A stretch of 64,000 nt of DNA. It comes from Thermomonas sp. (GTDB taxonomy: Bacteria; Pseudomonadota; Gammaproteobacteria; Xanthomonadales; Xanthomonadaceae). Below are positions 1-11,662 of this stretch, piece after piece. Under the pieces are notes generated by a model. That model was not told where the DNA came from and did not search any database. It saw nothing but the letters and a program-made list of their open reading frames with translations. The first letter of the stretch is position 1, and every line of letters starts with the position of its first letter. Position numbers and translations under genes: made by a program. The stretch covers positions 6,513 through 70,512 of the forward strand of contig DATIDW010000006.1 in assembly GCA_035456065.1 (NCBI GenBank), written 5' to 3'.

Positions 1-394
1 ATGCGGTTGCAGGCGCCGCGCACAGTTCGGGGGCGAACTCGTTGTAGGCCTGGCCGCGCACCTGGTTGTGGAACGGCAAGCTGAGATCGGTGAGTCCCGG
101 TGAGAAGAAATACAGCAGGTTCGCCAGCAGGAACCGCCGGATCGGCGAAACCCAGCGCGCACGCCGACCATCGAACCAGGCGCGGGCGATGCGGCCGGGC
201 TGAAACAGTGACGCACGCAGGCTGCGCCACAACAGGCCATCCAGGTCCGTCAACGCGGAAAAGGCTTCACCGGGCAGGTGCCGCAGGCGCCGGTCCTCAT
301 GCCGGAAACGCGCCTGGCCGCAGGTGGGGCAATATTCGGCGGCCATGGCCGACCCGCAGTTGGGGCACGTCGGGCTCACCGCTGGTTCTGCCAT
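1..394 (-). CDS. DUF3667-like membrane protein with N-terminal zinc ribbon (partial, runs off window start)
   Basis: Manual translation of the minus strand: MAEPAVSPTCPNCG...YCPTCGQ...DLDGLLWRSLRASLFQPGRIARAWFDGRRARWVSPIRRFLL. Absent from the ORF track because no stop lies in the window. Confidence 0.75.
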   Translation of the reverse strand, partial: MAEPAVSPTCPNCGSAMAAEYCPTCGQARFRHEDRRLRHLPGEAFSALTDLDGLLWRSLRASLFQPGRIARAWFDGRRARWVSPIRRFLLANLLYFFSPGLTDLSLPFHNQVRGQAYNEFAPELCAAPATA

Positions 395-599
395 TGCACC
401 GCGACCCCACCGCAGACGATCACGCACTCCATCCTGCATGCGCCGGTCCGCGCGGGCATCGCCGTGCCCCGGGCGGTGAACCTTCACGGCGCCTAACGAG
501 CGCAGCGACCTCCGGGCGCGGGGCGTGAAAGCGGCCGCCGAGGTTCCATCGGTGGACGTGTGCTCGTATCCTCGTGACGCACCTGCAAGGGAGGTTCGC

Positions 600-2552
600 T
601 TGTCCGCCAACGCGCATCCTGAAGTCGCCGGCTATCGCATCACCCGCGAAATCGGGCACGGCGGCATGTCGATCGTGTACCTGGCGGAACAGACTTCGCT
701 GGACCGCAAGGTCGCGTTGAAGGTGATGCTGGCCGAGGCCCTGGCCGACGAAGTGAGCCGCGCGCGCTTCGAGAACGAGGCGCGGACGATCGCCCGCCTG
801 CAGCACCCGAACATCGTCGGCATCCACGAAGTCGGGCGTACCGCCGAGGGCCTGCCGTTCTACTCGATGCCCTTCCTGCCGCGCGGCCACCTCGCGCAGC
901 GCAAGCTGCAGGGCGACCAGCCGCGGGTCACCGCGATCGTGCGGATGCTGCTGCAGGCGCTGGACTATGCGCATGTGCGCGGCGTGGTGCACCGCGACGT
1001 GAAGGCCGAGAACGTGCTGTTCGACGAAGCCGAACGGCCAATGCTCGCGGACTTCGGCATCGCCCTGCGGCGCGGCAGCAACCCGCGCCTCACCAGTGCC
1101 GGGCTGGCGGTCGGCAGCACCGCCTACATGCCACCCGAGCAGGCCCGCGGGACCGAAGTCGATCGCCGCGCCGACCTCTACAGCATCGGCGTACTGACCT
1201 GGGAGATGCTCACCGGGCGGCTGCCGTACAACGCCGCCGATGCGCTGTCGATGGCGCTCAAGCACGTGCAGGACCCGATCCCGCGGCTGCCCCCCGTGCT
1301 CAAGCACTGGCAGGGCTTCATCGACCGCGCGATGGCGAAACGCCCCGAAGATCGCTTCGCGAGCGCACAGGACATGCTGCTTGCGCTCGACCAGCTGGAA
1401 GCGCGCGCCGGCAAGGGATTCGTGGCGGTGGAAGTGCCCGCCACCATCGAGGCCGAGCCGTCGCCGACCCAACGCAAGACGTGGAAACCGTGGCTCCTGG
1501 CCGCCGCGGTGGTGGCCGCGCTCGGCATTGCCACCTTCCGCTTCTTCCCGGTCGTGGACGACGAGACCCGGACGCCCCCTGGCGAGGTGGCCGGCACCGA
1601 AGGCGCGGGCCTGCCATCACCACCGGCCGAAGCGCGCACCGGCTTGCTCACGGGCATGGGCGAGGCCGGCACCGAAGGCCTGGCGGCATACCTCGCCAAC
1701 GCCGGCCAGCAGATCCGCGACGGCCACCTGCTGGCGCCGGCCAATGCGAATGCCTGGGACAGCCTGGACGCGGCATGGCGGGTCAACGCGACCCATCCGC
1801 AAACCCAGCAACTGACCGCCCAACTGTTCGATGCGCTGGCCGACGCGTCGGATCGCGCGCTCCGCGCAGGCGACGTCGCGACGTCGCGCACCGCCTTCGA
1901 ACGCGCCAGCCAGCTCGACAACCGCCGCGGTGGCGAAGGCAGCGCCATCACCCTCCTGCGCAAACGCCTGGATGTCGCCCTGGATACCCGCCTGCAGGCG
2001 TTGCTGGCGAAGCGCGATACGGCGGCGGCGCGCCAGTTGCTCGCCGACACCCGCTGGCTGGGCCTGGATCCGCTGCGGAGCCGCGCACTGCAGGCGCGCG
2101 TCGATGTCGCCGGCAAGGCGCCCCCCCCCGCCGTCGCCACGACCGTCGTGGCCGCCGCACCCGCCGCGCCCGTGGTCGTGATCGCGGTCACTCGCGGCGA
2201 CTACGCGCGCTTCGCCAGCGGTACCGGGCGCGCCGCGGCCGAGTGCGGCAAGGGCGTGTTCGGACGCAAGCGCAGTTGGAAGAACACCGGCAACGACCGC
2301 AGGCCGGTCGTCTGCGTGTCGGCTGCGGATGCCCAGGCCTACGCGGCATGGCTGGGCACGCAGGACCAGCGTCGTTACCGGCTGCCAAGTGCAGGCGAGG
2401 TTCGCGCGCAACCCACGACGCCGGTCTCCGGCTGGCTGACCCTGTGCGCGAACCGCGAATGCAGCCAGCGCATGGCCAGCGGCAAGCCGGGCGCACTCGA
2501 CGCCAGCCGCGGCTTCGAGGACGTCGGCATCCGCCTGGTGCGCCTCGACTGA
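600..2552 (+). CDS. Ser/Thr protein kinase with TM segment and truncated C-terminal FGE-sulfatase-like domain
   Basis: Kinase motifs GHGGMS, VALK, HRDVKAEN, DFG and PPE; hydrophobic helix; C-terminal RPVVCVS..AQAYAAWL..RYRLPS..GIRLVR. TTG at 600 follows GGGAGG; the ORF track starts at 525. Confidence 0.9.
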   Translation: MSANAHPEVAGYRITREIGHGGMSIVYLAEQTSLDRKVALKVMLAEALADEVSRARFENEARTIARLQHPNIVGIHEVGRTAEGLPFYSMPFLPRGHLAQRKLQGDQPRVTAIVRMLLQALDYAHVRGVVHRDVKAENVLFDEAERPMLADFGIALRRGSNPRLTSAGLAVGSTAYMPPEQARGTEVDRRADLYSIGVLTWEMLTGRLPYNAADALSMALKHVQDPIPRLPPVLKHWQGFIDRAMAKRPEDRFASAQDMLLALDQLEARAGKGFVAVEVPATIEAEPSPTQRKTWKPWLLAAAVVAALGIATFRFFPVVDDETRTPPGEVAGTEGAGLPSPPAEARTGLLTGMGEAGTEGLAAYLANAGQQIRDGHLLAPANANAWDSLDAAWRVNATHPQTQQLTAQLFDALADASDRALRAGDVATSRTAFERASQLDNRRGGEGSAITLLRKRLDVALDTRLQALLAKRDTAAARQLLADTRWLGLDPLRSRALQARVDVAGKAPPPAVATTVVAAAPAAPVVVIAVTRGDYARFASGTGRAAAECGKGVFGRKRSWKNTGNDRRPVVCVSAADAQAYAAWLGTQDQRRYRLPSAGEVRAQPTTPVSGWLTLCANRECSQRMASGKPGALDASRGFEDVGIRLVRLD

Positions 2553-2590
2553 AACGCCGAAATGCATGCATGCACGCCTAGAATGCGTGC

Positions 2591-3262
2591 ATGTCGACTT
2601 CCCCCGCGCTCGGCCAACGCCTGCAACGCCTGTTCCTGACCGGCCTGCTCACCCTGCTCCCGCTGTGGCTGACCTGGGTGGTGGTCAAATTCCTGTTCGT
2701 GTTGCTGGGCGACCTCAGCAAGCCATTGATCGAACCCAGCCTGCAGGGCATCGCCGCGAGCAGTCCGCAAGCCTTCGGCTGGCTGGTCGATCCCTGGGTG
2801 CAGAACGCGATCGCGCTGGTCGCCACCGTGCTGGCGATCCTGCTGGTCGGCTGGCTGGCCCGACGGGTTATCGGCCAACGCCTGTTGGGCTGGTTCGAGG
2901 CACTGGTGGCGAGGATCCCGCTGGCCAGCACGATCTACGGCAGCGCGCGCAAGCTGCTCGACATCCTGCAGACCAAGCCGGACGGCACCCAGCGGGTCGT
3001 GCTGGTCGACTTCCCGCACGCCGAGATGAAATCCATCGGCTTCGTGACCCGGGTGATCCGCGAACAGGGCACCGGCCGCGAACTCGCCGCGGTCTACGTG
3101 CCGACGACGCCCAACCCGACCTCGGGTTACCTGGAGATCGTGCCGGTGGAGAAGATGACGCCGACCGACTGGACGGTGGACCAGGCGATGAGTTTCATCA
3201 TCAGCGGCGGCGCGGTCGCCCCCGACACCATCCCGTTCACTCCGCCGCTGCGCGAAGGCTGA
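2591..3262 (+). CDS. DUF502 family membrane protein
   Basis: Two TM helices, RIPL..IY and the VYVPTTPNPTSGYL motif. Confidence 0.9.
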   Translation: MSTSPALGQRLQRLFLTGLLTLLPLWLTWVVVKFLFVLLGDLSKPLIEPSLQGIAASSPQAFGWLVDPWVQNAIALVATVLAILLVGWLARRVIGQRLLGWFEALVARIPLASTIYGSARKLLDILQTKPDGTQRVVLVDFPHAEMKSIGFVTRVIREQGTGRELAAVYVPTTPNPTSGYLEIVPVEKMTPTDWTVDQAMSFIISGGAVAPDTIPFTPPLREG

Positions 3263-3310
3263 CGCCGGGACACGGCGCGCGGATCAGCGTCGGCACGCAG
3301 CGCGGACAGC

Positions 3311-3336
3311 AAAAACCCGCCATCGAGGCGGGTCTT
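3311..3336 (-). terminator. Intrinsic terminator downstream of tRNA-Pro
   Basis: AAAAACCCGCC-ATCGA-GGCGGGT hairpin with a T-run on the minus strand. Confidence 0.7.
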
Positions 3337-3368
3337 GGACGGTTGCCGGCTTGCACCAGGCTTCGAAT

Positions 3369-3445
3369 TGGTCGGGACGGCCGGATTTGAACCGACGACC
3401 CTCTGCCCCCCAGGCAGATGCGCTACCAGGCTGCGCTACGCCCCG
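3369..3445 (-). tRNA. tRNA-Pro (GGG)
   Basis: CGGGGCGTAGCGCAGCCTGGTAGCGCA..TCTGC-CTGGGGG-GCAGA..GGTTCAAATCC..CCA cloverleaf; usual position after ihfA-merR. Confidence 0.97.
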
Positions 3446-3539
3446 ACATCCGGACAATTGTACCGCGCCGCGAGCGAATTCGCCGACGCGTAGATCGCAA
3501 CGCGCCCCTGCGCGCCGAGGACACTCACTTGCAGGCCGT

Positions 3540-3896
3540 TCAGCGCCTCAGCAGTTGCAGCACTTCCTCCAGCTCCATTCGCACTTGTTTCGCGATCTGG
3601 TTGCTCAGCGCGGACTCCTGCTTCGCGCCCTCGCCCTCCAGGCGCAGCCGCGCGCCACCGATGGTGTAGCCCTGTTCGTACAGCAGGCTGCGGATCTGCC
3701 GGACCATCAGCACGTCGTGGCGCTGGTAGTAACGACGGTTGCCGCGGCGCTTGGCCGGCTCCAGGCTGGGGAATTCGGTTTCCCAGTAGCGCAGCACGTG
3801 CGGCTTGACGTCACACAACTCGCTGACTTCGCCGATGGTGAAGTAGCGCTTCGCCGGGATCGGCGGTAGTTCGCGGTTGCTGCCCGGGTCAAGCAT
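3540..3896 (-). CDS. MerR family transcriptional regulator
   Basis: [39 protein letters not shown]; conserved position downstream of ihfA. Confidence 0.93.
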   Translation of the reverse strand: MLDPGSNRELPPIPAKRYFTIGEVSELCDVKPHVLRYWETEFPSLEPAKRRGNRRYYQRHDVLMVRQIRSLLYEQGYTIGGARLRLEGEGAKQESALSNQIAKQVRMELEEVLQLLRR

Positions 3897-4206
3897 GCGC
3901 GGCTCCCATGCTGCTGGAGCCGCTGTACGCCTCGACGCGTTCCTTGAGCTTCTGGCCAGGGCGGAACGTGACCACGGTGCGCGCGGAGATGGGGATCTGC
4001 TGGCCGGTCTTGGGGTTGCGACCCGGACGCTGCTTCTTGCGGCGCAGGTCGAAGTTGCCGAAGCCGGACAACTTGATCTGGCGACCCTGTTCCAGCGCCT
4101 CGCGCAGGGCATCGAAGAACGCATCGACGAATTCCTTCGCCTCGCGCTTGTTCAGGCCCACGTCCTCGTACAGACGTTCCGCCATTTCCGCCTTGGTCAG
4201 TGCCAT
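3889..4206 (-). CDS. ihfA: Integration host factor alpha subunit
   Basis: [27 protein letters not shown]; follows pheT. Confidence 0.96.
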   Translation of the reverse strand: MALTKAEMAERLYEDVGLNKREAKEFVDAFFDALREALEQGRQIKLSGFGNFDLRRKKQRPGRNPKTGQQIPISARTVVTFRPGQKLKERVEAYSGSSSMGAAHA

Positions 4207-4217
4207 TGCCGCCCCCT

Positions 4218-6617
4218 TCAGCGCCGGATGGCCGCGCCGTGGTTCCCCTCCAGCGCGGCGACCACATCGGCCACCACCGCCTCCACGTCGCGGTCGGTCA
4301 GGGTGCGTGATTCATCCTGCAAAATCAAGGCCATGGCGAGACTCTTGAATCCGTTTTCCACGCCCTTCCCGGCATAGCGGTCGAACAGCCGCAGCTCGCG
4401 CAGGGCCTCGCCCGCGGCCTGCCTGACGGTGGCGCGCATGGCGTCCCAGGAGACCGCCTCCGGGACGACGAACGCGAGGTCCCGGCGGACGGACGGATAC
4501 TTCGACAGTGCATTCGCGCGCGGCAGTGGGCGTGCCTGCAGGCCATCGAGCGCCAGTTCGAAGGCGTAGACATCCATGCCCAGGTCGAGCGCCTGCTGCA
4601 GGCGCGGGTGCAGTTGCCCGATCCAGCCGAGGCGCACGGGATCATCGCCCGCAACGATGCGATACACATCCGCGGAACGCCCCGGATGCGCGAACGGTTC
4701 GACCGACGGGCGATATTCCAGCGCGGCGCCGGACAGCGCGGCCAGGCTGTCGAGGTCGCCCCTGAGGTCGTGGAAGTCGAGCTTGCGCGTGGCCACGCCC
4801 CATTGCTCCGCTGCTGCATCGCCGCAGGCGACCGCCGCGATGCGCCGCGTCTCGACGGGAGCCGCGTCGGCGGCAGCGAAGGTCTTGCCGATCTCGAACA
4901 GACGCACCCGCGCCTGCTGTCGCGCCGCATTGCGGCCAAGCGCGGCGACCAGCCCGGGCAGCAGGCGCGTGCGCATGACCCCGAGTTCGGCGCTCAACGG
5001 GTTGGCCAGCGCCACCCCGCCATCGGTGAGCTGCCACTTGGCCAGCAGGTCGGCGTCGACGAAGGCGTAATTGATCGCCTCCAGGTAGTCGCGCGCGACC
5101 AGCTGCCGGCGCGCATCGTGCTCGCTGCTGCGGGTCTCGCTGGGCGACACCAGGCGCGTGGCACCACCGGGCAACGTGGTCGGGATCGCGTCGTAGCCGT
5201 GGATGCGCGCGATCTCTTCGACCAGGTCTTCCTCGATGGCGAGATCGAAGCGCCGCGCCGGCGGCGTCACCTGCCAGCCATCAGCGGTCGCGTCCACCGC
5301 CAGGCCGAGCGCGGACAGGATCCGCGACACCTCGGCATCGGCCACCTGCGTGCCCAGCACGCGCGCGAGGCGCGCGCGCCGCAGGGTGATCGCCTGCGGT
5401 TGCGGCAGGTGCTGCGGCAGCACGGCTTCGGTCACCGGACCCGGCGCGCCGCCGGCGATCTCCACGATCAGGCGGGTGGCGCGTTCGATGGCGATGCGCG
5501 GAAGTCCCGGGTCGACGCCGCGTTCGAAGCGGTGGCCTGCATCGGTGTGCAGGCCGAGCTTGCGGCTGCGGCCGATGATCGCGGACGGGATCCAGTGCGC
5601 GGCCTCGAGGAACACGTTGCGGGTGGCGGTGCCGACCTTGGTGTCCTCACCGCCCATGATCCCGCCGAGGGCCACCGCGCGTGCGCCATGCCCGCCGGTG
5701 CTGTCGGCGACGACCAGGAAATCCTCGTCCAGCGTCACGGTGCGACCGTCGAGCAGCTTGGCTTGTTCCCCGGCACGGGCGGGCCGCACGATCACCGGCG
5801 ATTGCAGCAGGTCCTTGTCGAACGCATGCATGGGCTGGCCGAGTTCCAGCATCACGTATTGGGTGACATCGACCAGGAAACTGATCGGGCGTACGCCGCT
5901 GCGGCGCAAGCGTTCGGCCATCCAGGACGGCGTCGCGACATTGGCATCGACACCGTCGATGACGCGGCCGACGAAGCGCGGGACTTTTTCGCCAGCGTCC
6001 AGTTCGACCGCCAGGGTGGCGTCGGTCAGGGCCGGCACTGGCGTGGCATCGAGCGGCTCCACGCGGCTACCGAGCGCGGCGGCCACGTCGAAGGCGATGC
6101 CGTGCACGCCGAAGCAGTCTGCGCGGTTCGGGGTCAGCTTCAATTCGATGCTGGCGTCCGGCAGGCCGAGGTAATCGGCCAGCGGCGTGCCGACCGGCGC
6201 ATCCGCCGGAAGCTCAAGCAGGCCCGATGCATCGGCATCGAGGCCCAGCTCTTTTGCCGAGCACAGCATGCCGTTCGATTCGACGCCGCGCAGCCTGGCG
6301 GCCTTGATCGTCAGTTCGCCGATCTTCGTGCCGATGGTGGCCAGCGGCGCGACCAGGCCCGGCCGCGCGTTCGGCGCGCCGCAGACGATCTGCAGCATCG
6401 AACCATGACCTGTATCGACCTGGCAGACCTGCAGCTTGTCGGCTTCCGGGTGCCTGGCGCACTCGACGATCCGGGCGACGACCACGCCGTCCAGCGCGTC
6501 GCCGAGCACGGTCATCTCTTCGACTTCGAGGCCGATCGCGGTCAGCGTCGCGGCGAGCTCGTCGCGCGTGGCGTCGGTCTTGACGTGCTGGCGCAGCCAG
6601 TTTTCGGAGAACTTCAT
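4218..6617 (-). CDS. pheT: Phenylalanine-tRNA ligase beta subunit
   Basis: [30 protein letters not shown]; 799 aa. Confidence 0.98.
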   Translation of the reverse strand: MKFSENWLRQHVKTDATRDELAATLTAIGLEVEEMTVLGDALDGVVVARIVECARHPEADKLQVCQVDTGHGSMLQIVCGAPNARPGLVAPLATIGTKIGELTIKAARLRGVESNGMLCSAKELGLDADASGLLELPADAPVGTPLADYLGLPDASIELKLTPNRADCFGVHGIAFDVAAALGSRVEPLDATPVPALTDATLAVELDAGEKVPRFVGRVIDGVDANVATPSWMAERLRRSGVRPISFLVDVTQYVMLELGQPMHAFDKDLLQSPVIVRPARAGEQAKLLDGRTVTLDEDFLVVADSTGGHGARAVALGGIMGGEDTKVGTATRNVFLEAAHWIPSAIIGRSRKLGLHTDAGHRFERGVDPGLPRIAIERATRLIVEIAGGAPGPVTEAVLPQHLPQPQAITLRRARLARVLGTQVADAEVSRILSALGLAVDATADGWQVTPPARRFDLAIEEDLVEEIARIHGYDAIPTTLPGGATRLVSPSETRSSEHDARRQLVARDYLEAINYAFVDADLLAKWQLTDGGVALANPLSAELGVMRTRLLPGLVAALGRNAARQQARVRLFEIGKTFAAADAAPVETRRIAAVACGDAAAEQWGVATRKLDFHDLRGDLDSLAALSGAALEYRPSVEPFAHPGRSADVYRIVAGDDPVRLGWIGQLHPRLQQALDLGMDVYAFELALDGLQARPLPRANALSKYPSVRRDLAFVVPEAVSWDAMRATVRQAAGEALRELRLFDRYAGKGVENGFKSLAMALILQDESRTLTDRDVEAVVADVVAALEGNHGAAIRR

Positions 6618-6626
6618 CGCGGAACC

Positions 6627-8082
<1,456 letters not shown>

Positions 8083-8093
8083 GTCTTATCTCC

Positions 8094-8291
8094 TCACAAA
8101 TACGGCAGCATGCGGTCCAGGCGGCCCGCGTCCTCGGCACGAACATGGTTCGTCTGCCGCAGGTTGCGCTTCCGCTTGGTCGCTTTCTTGGTGAGGATGT
8201 GGCTCTTGTTGGCGTGGCCGCACTTGTACTTGCCGGAAGCGGTCTTCCGGAAGCGCTTGGCCGCCGCCCGATTGGTCTTGATCTTGGGCAT
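8094..8291 (-). CDS. rpmI: 50S ribosomal protein L35
   Basis: [23 protein letters not shown]. Confidence 0.98.
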   Translation of the reverse strand: MPKIKTNRAAAKRFRKTASGKYKCGHANKSHILTKKATKRKRNLRQTNHVRAEDAGRLDRMLPYL

Positions 8292-8543
8292 TGGGAATCC
8301 TTGCGAAATCTAGAACTGGCCTAGGCGGCGGTGTTGCCTTGCGGCGCGACCACACTTTCCATCCTGCCTGACCGGTGGGTAAGCCTTTGATCCAGAAGGA
8401 ATCAAGGCGGGTCCTGGGTGCCACCGAACAACAAACCCGGCGAACCGGGCCGCGTATTATGGCGGGCCGATGTCGGCTTTGCAATCTTTCCCTGACAAAT
8501 CAGGGTTTTGCATCCGCCGCCCAATCCCGGACGGCGGCGCGAG

Positions 8544-9068
8544 TCACTTCTTCTTCGGCGCGATCATCATCACCATCTGCCGCCCTTCCAGACGCGGGCG
8601 CGATTCGATGACGATGTCCTCGCCCAGGTCGGCCTCGATCCGCGCGGCCATCTCACGGCCCAGCTCCTGGTGGCTCATCTCGCGGCCACGGAAGCGGATG
8701 TTGACCTTGATCTTGTCGCCTTCGACCAGGAATTCGCGCATCTTGCGCAGCTTGATCTGGTAGTCGCCCTCGTCCGTCACCGGGCGGAACTTCACTTCCT
8801 TGATCTCGACCTGCTTGGTCTTCTTCTTGGCTTCGTTGGCCTTCTTCTGCAGTTCGAACTTGAACTTGCCGAAGTCCATGATCTTGCAGACCGGCGGATC
8901 CGCGTTCGGCTGGATCTCGACGAGGTCGAGCTCCTCTTCCTCGGCCATGCGCAGCGCTTCGTCGCGCGAGAGGACGCCGATCATCTCGCCGTCGCTGCCA
9001 ATGACCCGGACCCGCGGGACGCGGATTTCCTGGTTCCTGCGGTTCTGCTTGGTGTCCGTGGTGCTGAT
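8544..9068 (-). CDS. infC: Translation initiation factor IF-3 (ATC start)
   Basis: [17 protein letters not shown]; the frame extends 28 codons upstream of the track ATG through [13 protein letters not shown] to an ATC 8 nt after GGAG. Confidence 0.95.
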   Translation of the reverse strand: MSTTDTKQNRRNQEIRVPRVRVIGSDGEMIGVLSRDEALRMAEEEELDLVEIQPNADPPVCKIMDFGKFKFELQKKANEAKKKTKQVEIKEVKFRPVTDEGDYQIKLRKMREFLVEGDKIKVNIRFRGREMSHQELGREMAARIEADLGEDIVIESRPRLEGRQMVMMIAPKKK

Positions 9069-9108
9069 GTTGCGATCTCCATTGGAGTGGCATCCTGCGA
9101 TGCCGGAA

Positions 9109-9134
9109 CGGCCACGATTCCGGAATCGTGGCCG
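9109..9134. repeat. Perfect 26-bp palindrome between thrS and infC
   Basis: CGGCCACGATTCCGGAATCGTGGCCG equals its own reverse complement. Confidence 0.8.
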
Positions 9135-9155
9135 GCTTCGAGCGGGTGGCTGGGA

Positions 9156-11060
9156 TCAGCCGGCCTGCTCCTGGCGCAAACGCGTGGCGAAGTCGTCGAC
9201 CGACATGCTGCCGAGGTCTTCCCCACCCCGCGTGCGCACCGAAAGCATCCCGTTTTCCTTCTCGCGGTCCCCCACCACGAGCAGGTACGGCACGCGTTGC
9301 AGCGTGTGCTCGCGAATCTTATAGCCGATTTTTTCGTTCCGCAAATCGGAAACCACACGGAAGCCTTGATTCGCAAGGGTTTTCCGCGCGTCGGCGACCG
9401 CATCGGCCTGGGCGTCGGTGATGTTCATCACCACCGCCTGGACCGGTGCCAGCCATGCCGGGAAGTGGCCGGCGTGGTGTTCGATCAGGATGCCGATGAA
9501 ACGCTCCATCGAGCCGACGATGGCCCGGTGCAGCATGACCGGATGGCGCTTCTGGCTGGTTTCGTCGACGTATTCGGCCCCCAGGCGGCCCGGCATCATG
9601 AAATCGACCTGCATCGTGCCGAGCTGCCAGGTCCGGCCAATGGCGTCCTTCAGGTGGTACTCGATCTTCGGGCCGTAGAAGGCGCCCTCGCCCGGCAATT
9701 CCTGCCATTCCACCCCGGAAGCCCGCAACGCGCTGCGCAGCGCGTCCTCGGCCTTGTCCCAGGTGGCGTCGTCGCCCAGCCGGGATTCCGGCCGCAGCGC
9801 GATCTTGATCTGGATCTCCTCGAAGCCGAAGTCCGCATAGACCTTCAGTGCCTGCTCGTGGAAGTCGCGGACCTCGGACTCGATCTGCGACTCGGTGCAG
9901 AACACGTGGCCGTCGTCCTGGGTGAAGCCGCGCACGCGCAGGATGCCGTGCAGCGCGCCGGACGGCTCGTTGCGGTGGCAGCTGCCGAACTCGCCGTAGC
10001 GGATCGGCAGGTCGCGGTAGCTGTGCAGGCCCTGGTTGAACACCTGCACGTGGCCCGGGCAGTTCATCGGCTTCACCGCATAGGTCCGCTTCTCGGACTC
10101 GGTGAAGAACATGTTGTCCTGGTAATTGTCCCAGTGGCCGGACTTCTTCCAGAGCTCGACGTCGAGGATCTGCGGGCAGCGCACTTCGCCGTACCCGGTG
10201 TCGCGGTAGACCTTGCGCATGTACTGCTCGACCACCTGCCAGATCGACCAGCCCTTGGGGTGCCAGAACACCAGGCCCGGCGCCTCTTCCTGCAGGTGGA
10301 ACAGGTCCTGCTGCTTGCCGATCCGGCGGTGGTCGCGCTTCTCGGCTTCCTCGATCCGCTGGATGTAGGCCTTGAGCTGCTTCTCGTCCGCCCACGCGGT
10401 GCCGTAGATGCGCTGGAGCTGCTCGTTCTTCGAATCACCGCGCCAGTACGCGCCGGAGATGCGGGTGAGCTTGAACGCCTTGAGGAAGCGCGTGTTCGGC
10501 ACGTGCGGGCCACGGCACATGTCCACGTATTCCTGGTGGAAGTACAGGCCCATCGCGGTGATGTCGGCGCTCATGTCGTCGATCAGGCGCAGCTTGTATT
10601 CCTCGCCGCGACGCGCGAACTCCGCGATGACCTCGTCGCGCGGGGTCACTTTCTTGACCACGTCGTAGTCCTGCGCGATCAGCTCACGCATGCGCTGCTC
10701 GATCGCGGCCAGGTCATCCGGCGTGAACGGGCGCTCGGAGTGGATGTCGTAGTAGAAGCCCTCGTCGATGACCGGGCCGATCACCATCCTGGCGTCCGGA
10801 TACAGCTGCTTCACCGCATGGCCGACCAGGTGCGCGCAGCTGTGGCGGATGATCTCCACGCCTTCCTGGTCCTTCGGCGTGATGATGCGCAGGCCGACGT
10901 CATGGTCGATAAGGTCGCTGGCATCGACCAGGCGGCCGTCGACCTCGCCGGCCACGGTGGCCTTGGCGAGGCCGGCACCGATCGACTGCGCGACCTGCAG
11001 CACGGAAACAGGGGCGTCGAACTGGCGCTGGGAGCCGTCGGGAAGCGTGATCGAAATCAT
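9156..11060 (-). CDS. thrS: Threonine-tRNA ligase
   Basis: TGS domain, [32 protein letters not shown]. Confidence 0.99.
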   Translation of the reverse strand: MISITLPDGSQRQFDAPVSVLQVAQSIGAGLAKATVAGEVDGRLVDASDLIDHDVGLRIITPKDQEGVEIIRHSCAHLVGHAVKQLYPDARMVIGPVIDEGFYYDIHSERPFTPDDLAAIEQRMRELIAQDYDVVKKVTPRDEVIAEFARRGEEYKLRLIDDMSADITAMGLYFHQEYVDMCRGPHVPNTRFLKAFKLTRISGAYWRGDSKNEQLQRIYGTAWADEKQLKAYIQRIEEAEKRDHRRIGKQQDLFHLQEEAPGLVFWHPKGWSIWQVVEQYMRKVYRDTGYGEVRCPQILDVELWKKSGHWDNYQDNMFFTESEKRTYAVKPMNCPGHVQVFNQGLHSYRDLPIRYGEFGSCHRNEPSGALHGILRVRGFTQDDGHVFCTESQIESEVRDFHEQALKVYADFGFEEIQIKIALRPESRLGDDATWDKAEDALRSALRASGVEWQELPGEGAFYGPKIEYHLKDAIGRTWQLGTMQVDFMMPGRLGAEYVDETSQKRHPVMLHRAIVGSMERFIGILIEHHAGHFPAWLAPVQAVVMNITDAQADAVADARKTLANQGFRVVSDLRNEKIGYKIREHTLQRVPYLLVVGDREKENGMLSVRTRGGEDLGSMSVDDFATRLRQEQAG

Positions 11061-11078
11061 GGGGTGTGTCCGGAAAAC

Positions 11079-11171
11079 GGAAAAAGGCGCCGAGGCGCCT
11101 TTCGAGTGCCCACCAGGCGGGGGCGCGAATGCGTCGGCAGGAGTCAGCGGTTAGGCGATCGTAGTGCTCAT
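11079..11171 (-). promoter_or_regulatory. Candidate thrS attenuator: leader peptide MSTTIA plus terminator hairpin
   Basis: ATG AGC ACT ACG ATC GCC TAA (11171-11151), then AAAGGCGCC-TC-GGCGCCTTTTT about 20 nt before the thrS ATG. Confidence 0.55.
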
Positions 11172-11256
11172 GTCGCACGCTCGGCCGGCGTTTCCGCGGG
11201 CCACCTGCTCTCTGGTTCGGATGTATTGCCACGCCGGCACTCCGATGGGAGTTGGC

Positions 11257-11307
11257 GTGGTGGGCGGTACAGGGTTCGAACCTGTGACCCCTACCATGTC
11301 AAGGTAG
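11257..11307. repeat. att direct repeat (duplicated 3' part of tRNA-Val), island boundary distal to integrase
   Basis: 51 bp identical to 22010-22060 (GTGGTGGGCGGTACAGGG...GTCAAGGTAG). Confidence 0.97.
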
Positions 11308-11387
11308 CGGAACATGAGCGAAACCATGTACTTAGGATGACAGGCGACGACTCAGCCCGTCAAGCCACGACTCACTCTCAGGGCTTT

Positions 11388-11408
11388 GCGATGACACGGC
11401 GATGACAC
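11388..11408. repeat. Putative integrase arm-type sites (tandem GCGATGACAC)
   Basis: GCGATGACAC-G-GCGATGACAC, 20/21 identical to 21930-21950 and in the same orientation. Confidence 0.7.
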
Positions 11409-11662
11409 TCAATCTCCAGCACGCGTGAGACGCTCCAACTGTCGTTGCGACGTAAGACACGTCTCGCATCCTAATTTTTGTTCTGTACCACTACATGCCT
11501 GGCGCTCGGTGATCCAAAGTTCGGCCGCCGCAAGGGTTCGAAACCCGTCCTCAGAACCAGAACGAGTCTTTACTGGGGGCGCGCCTGTGGAACAGAGCCA
11601 GGGGAGCTCTGGGCCGAGGGTCTCGGAACCTATAGTCTTTGCGATTGAGCGAGGAGTGTTTC

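Noticed and set aside
2121..2129. C9 homopolymer as a phase-variation tract in the kinase
   Set aside because: The frame is intact and it encodes a Pro-rich linker in high-GC DNA; there is no evidence of slippage.
11258..11307. Second tRNA-Val gene
   Set aside because: Only the 3' 50 nt are present, without the D-arm or 5' acceptor strand; it is the att duplication.
8508..11405. Very long antisense ORFs (965 aa here; also 4608-7718, 22246-24942, 34672-37965 and others)
   Set aside because: Shadow frames of high-GC genes on the opposite strand, with no recognisable motifs.
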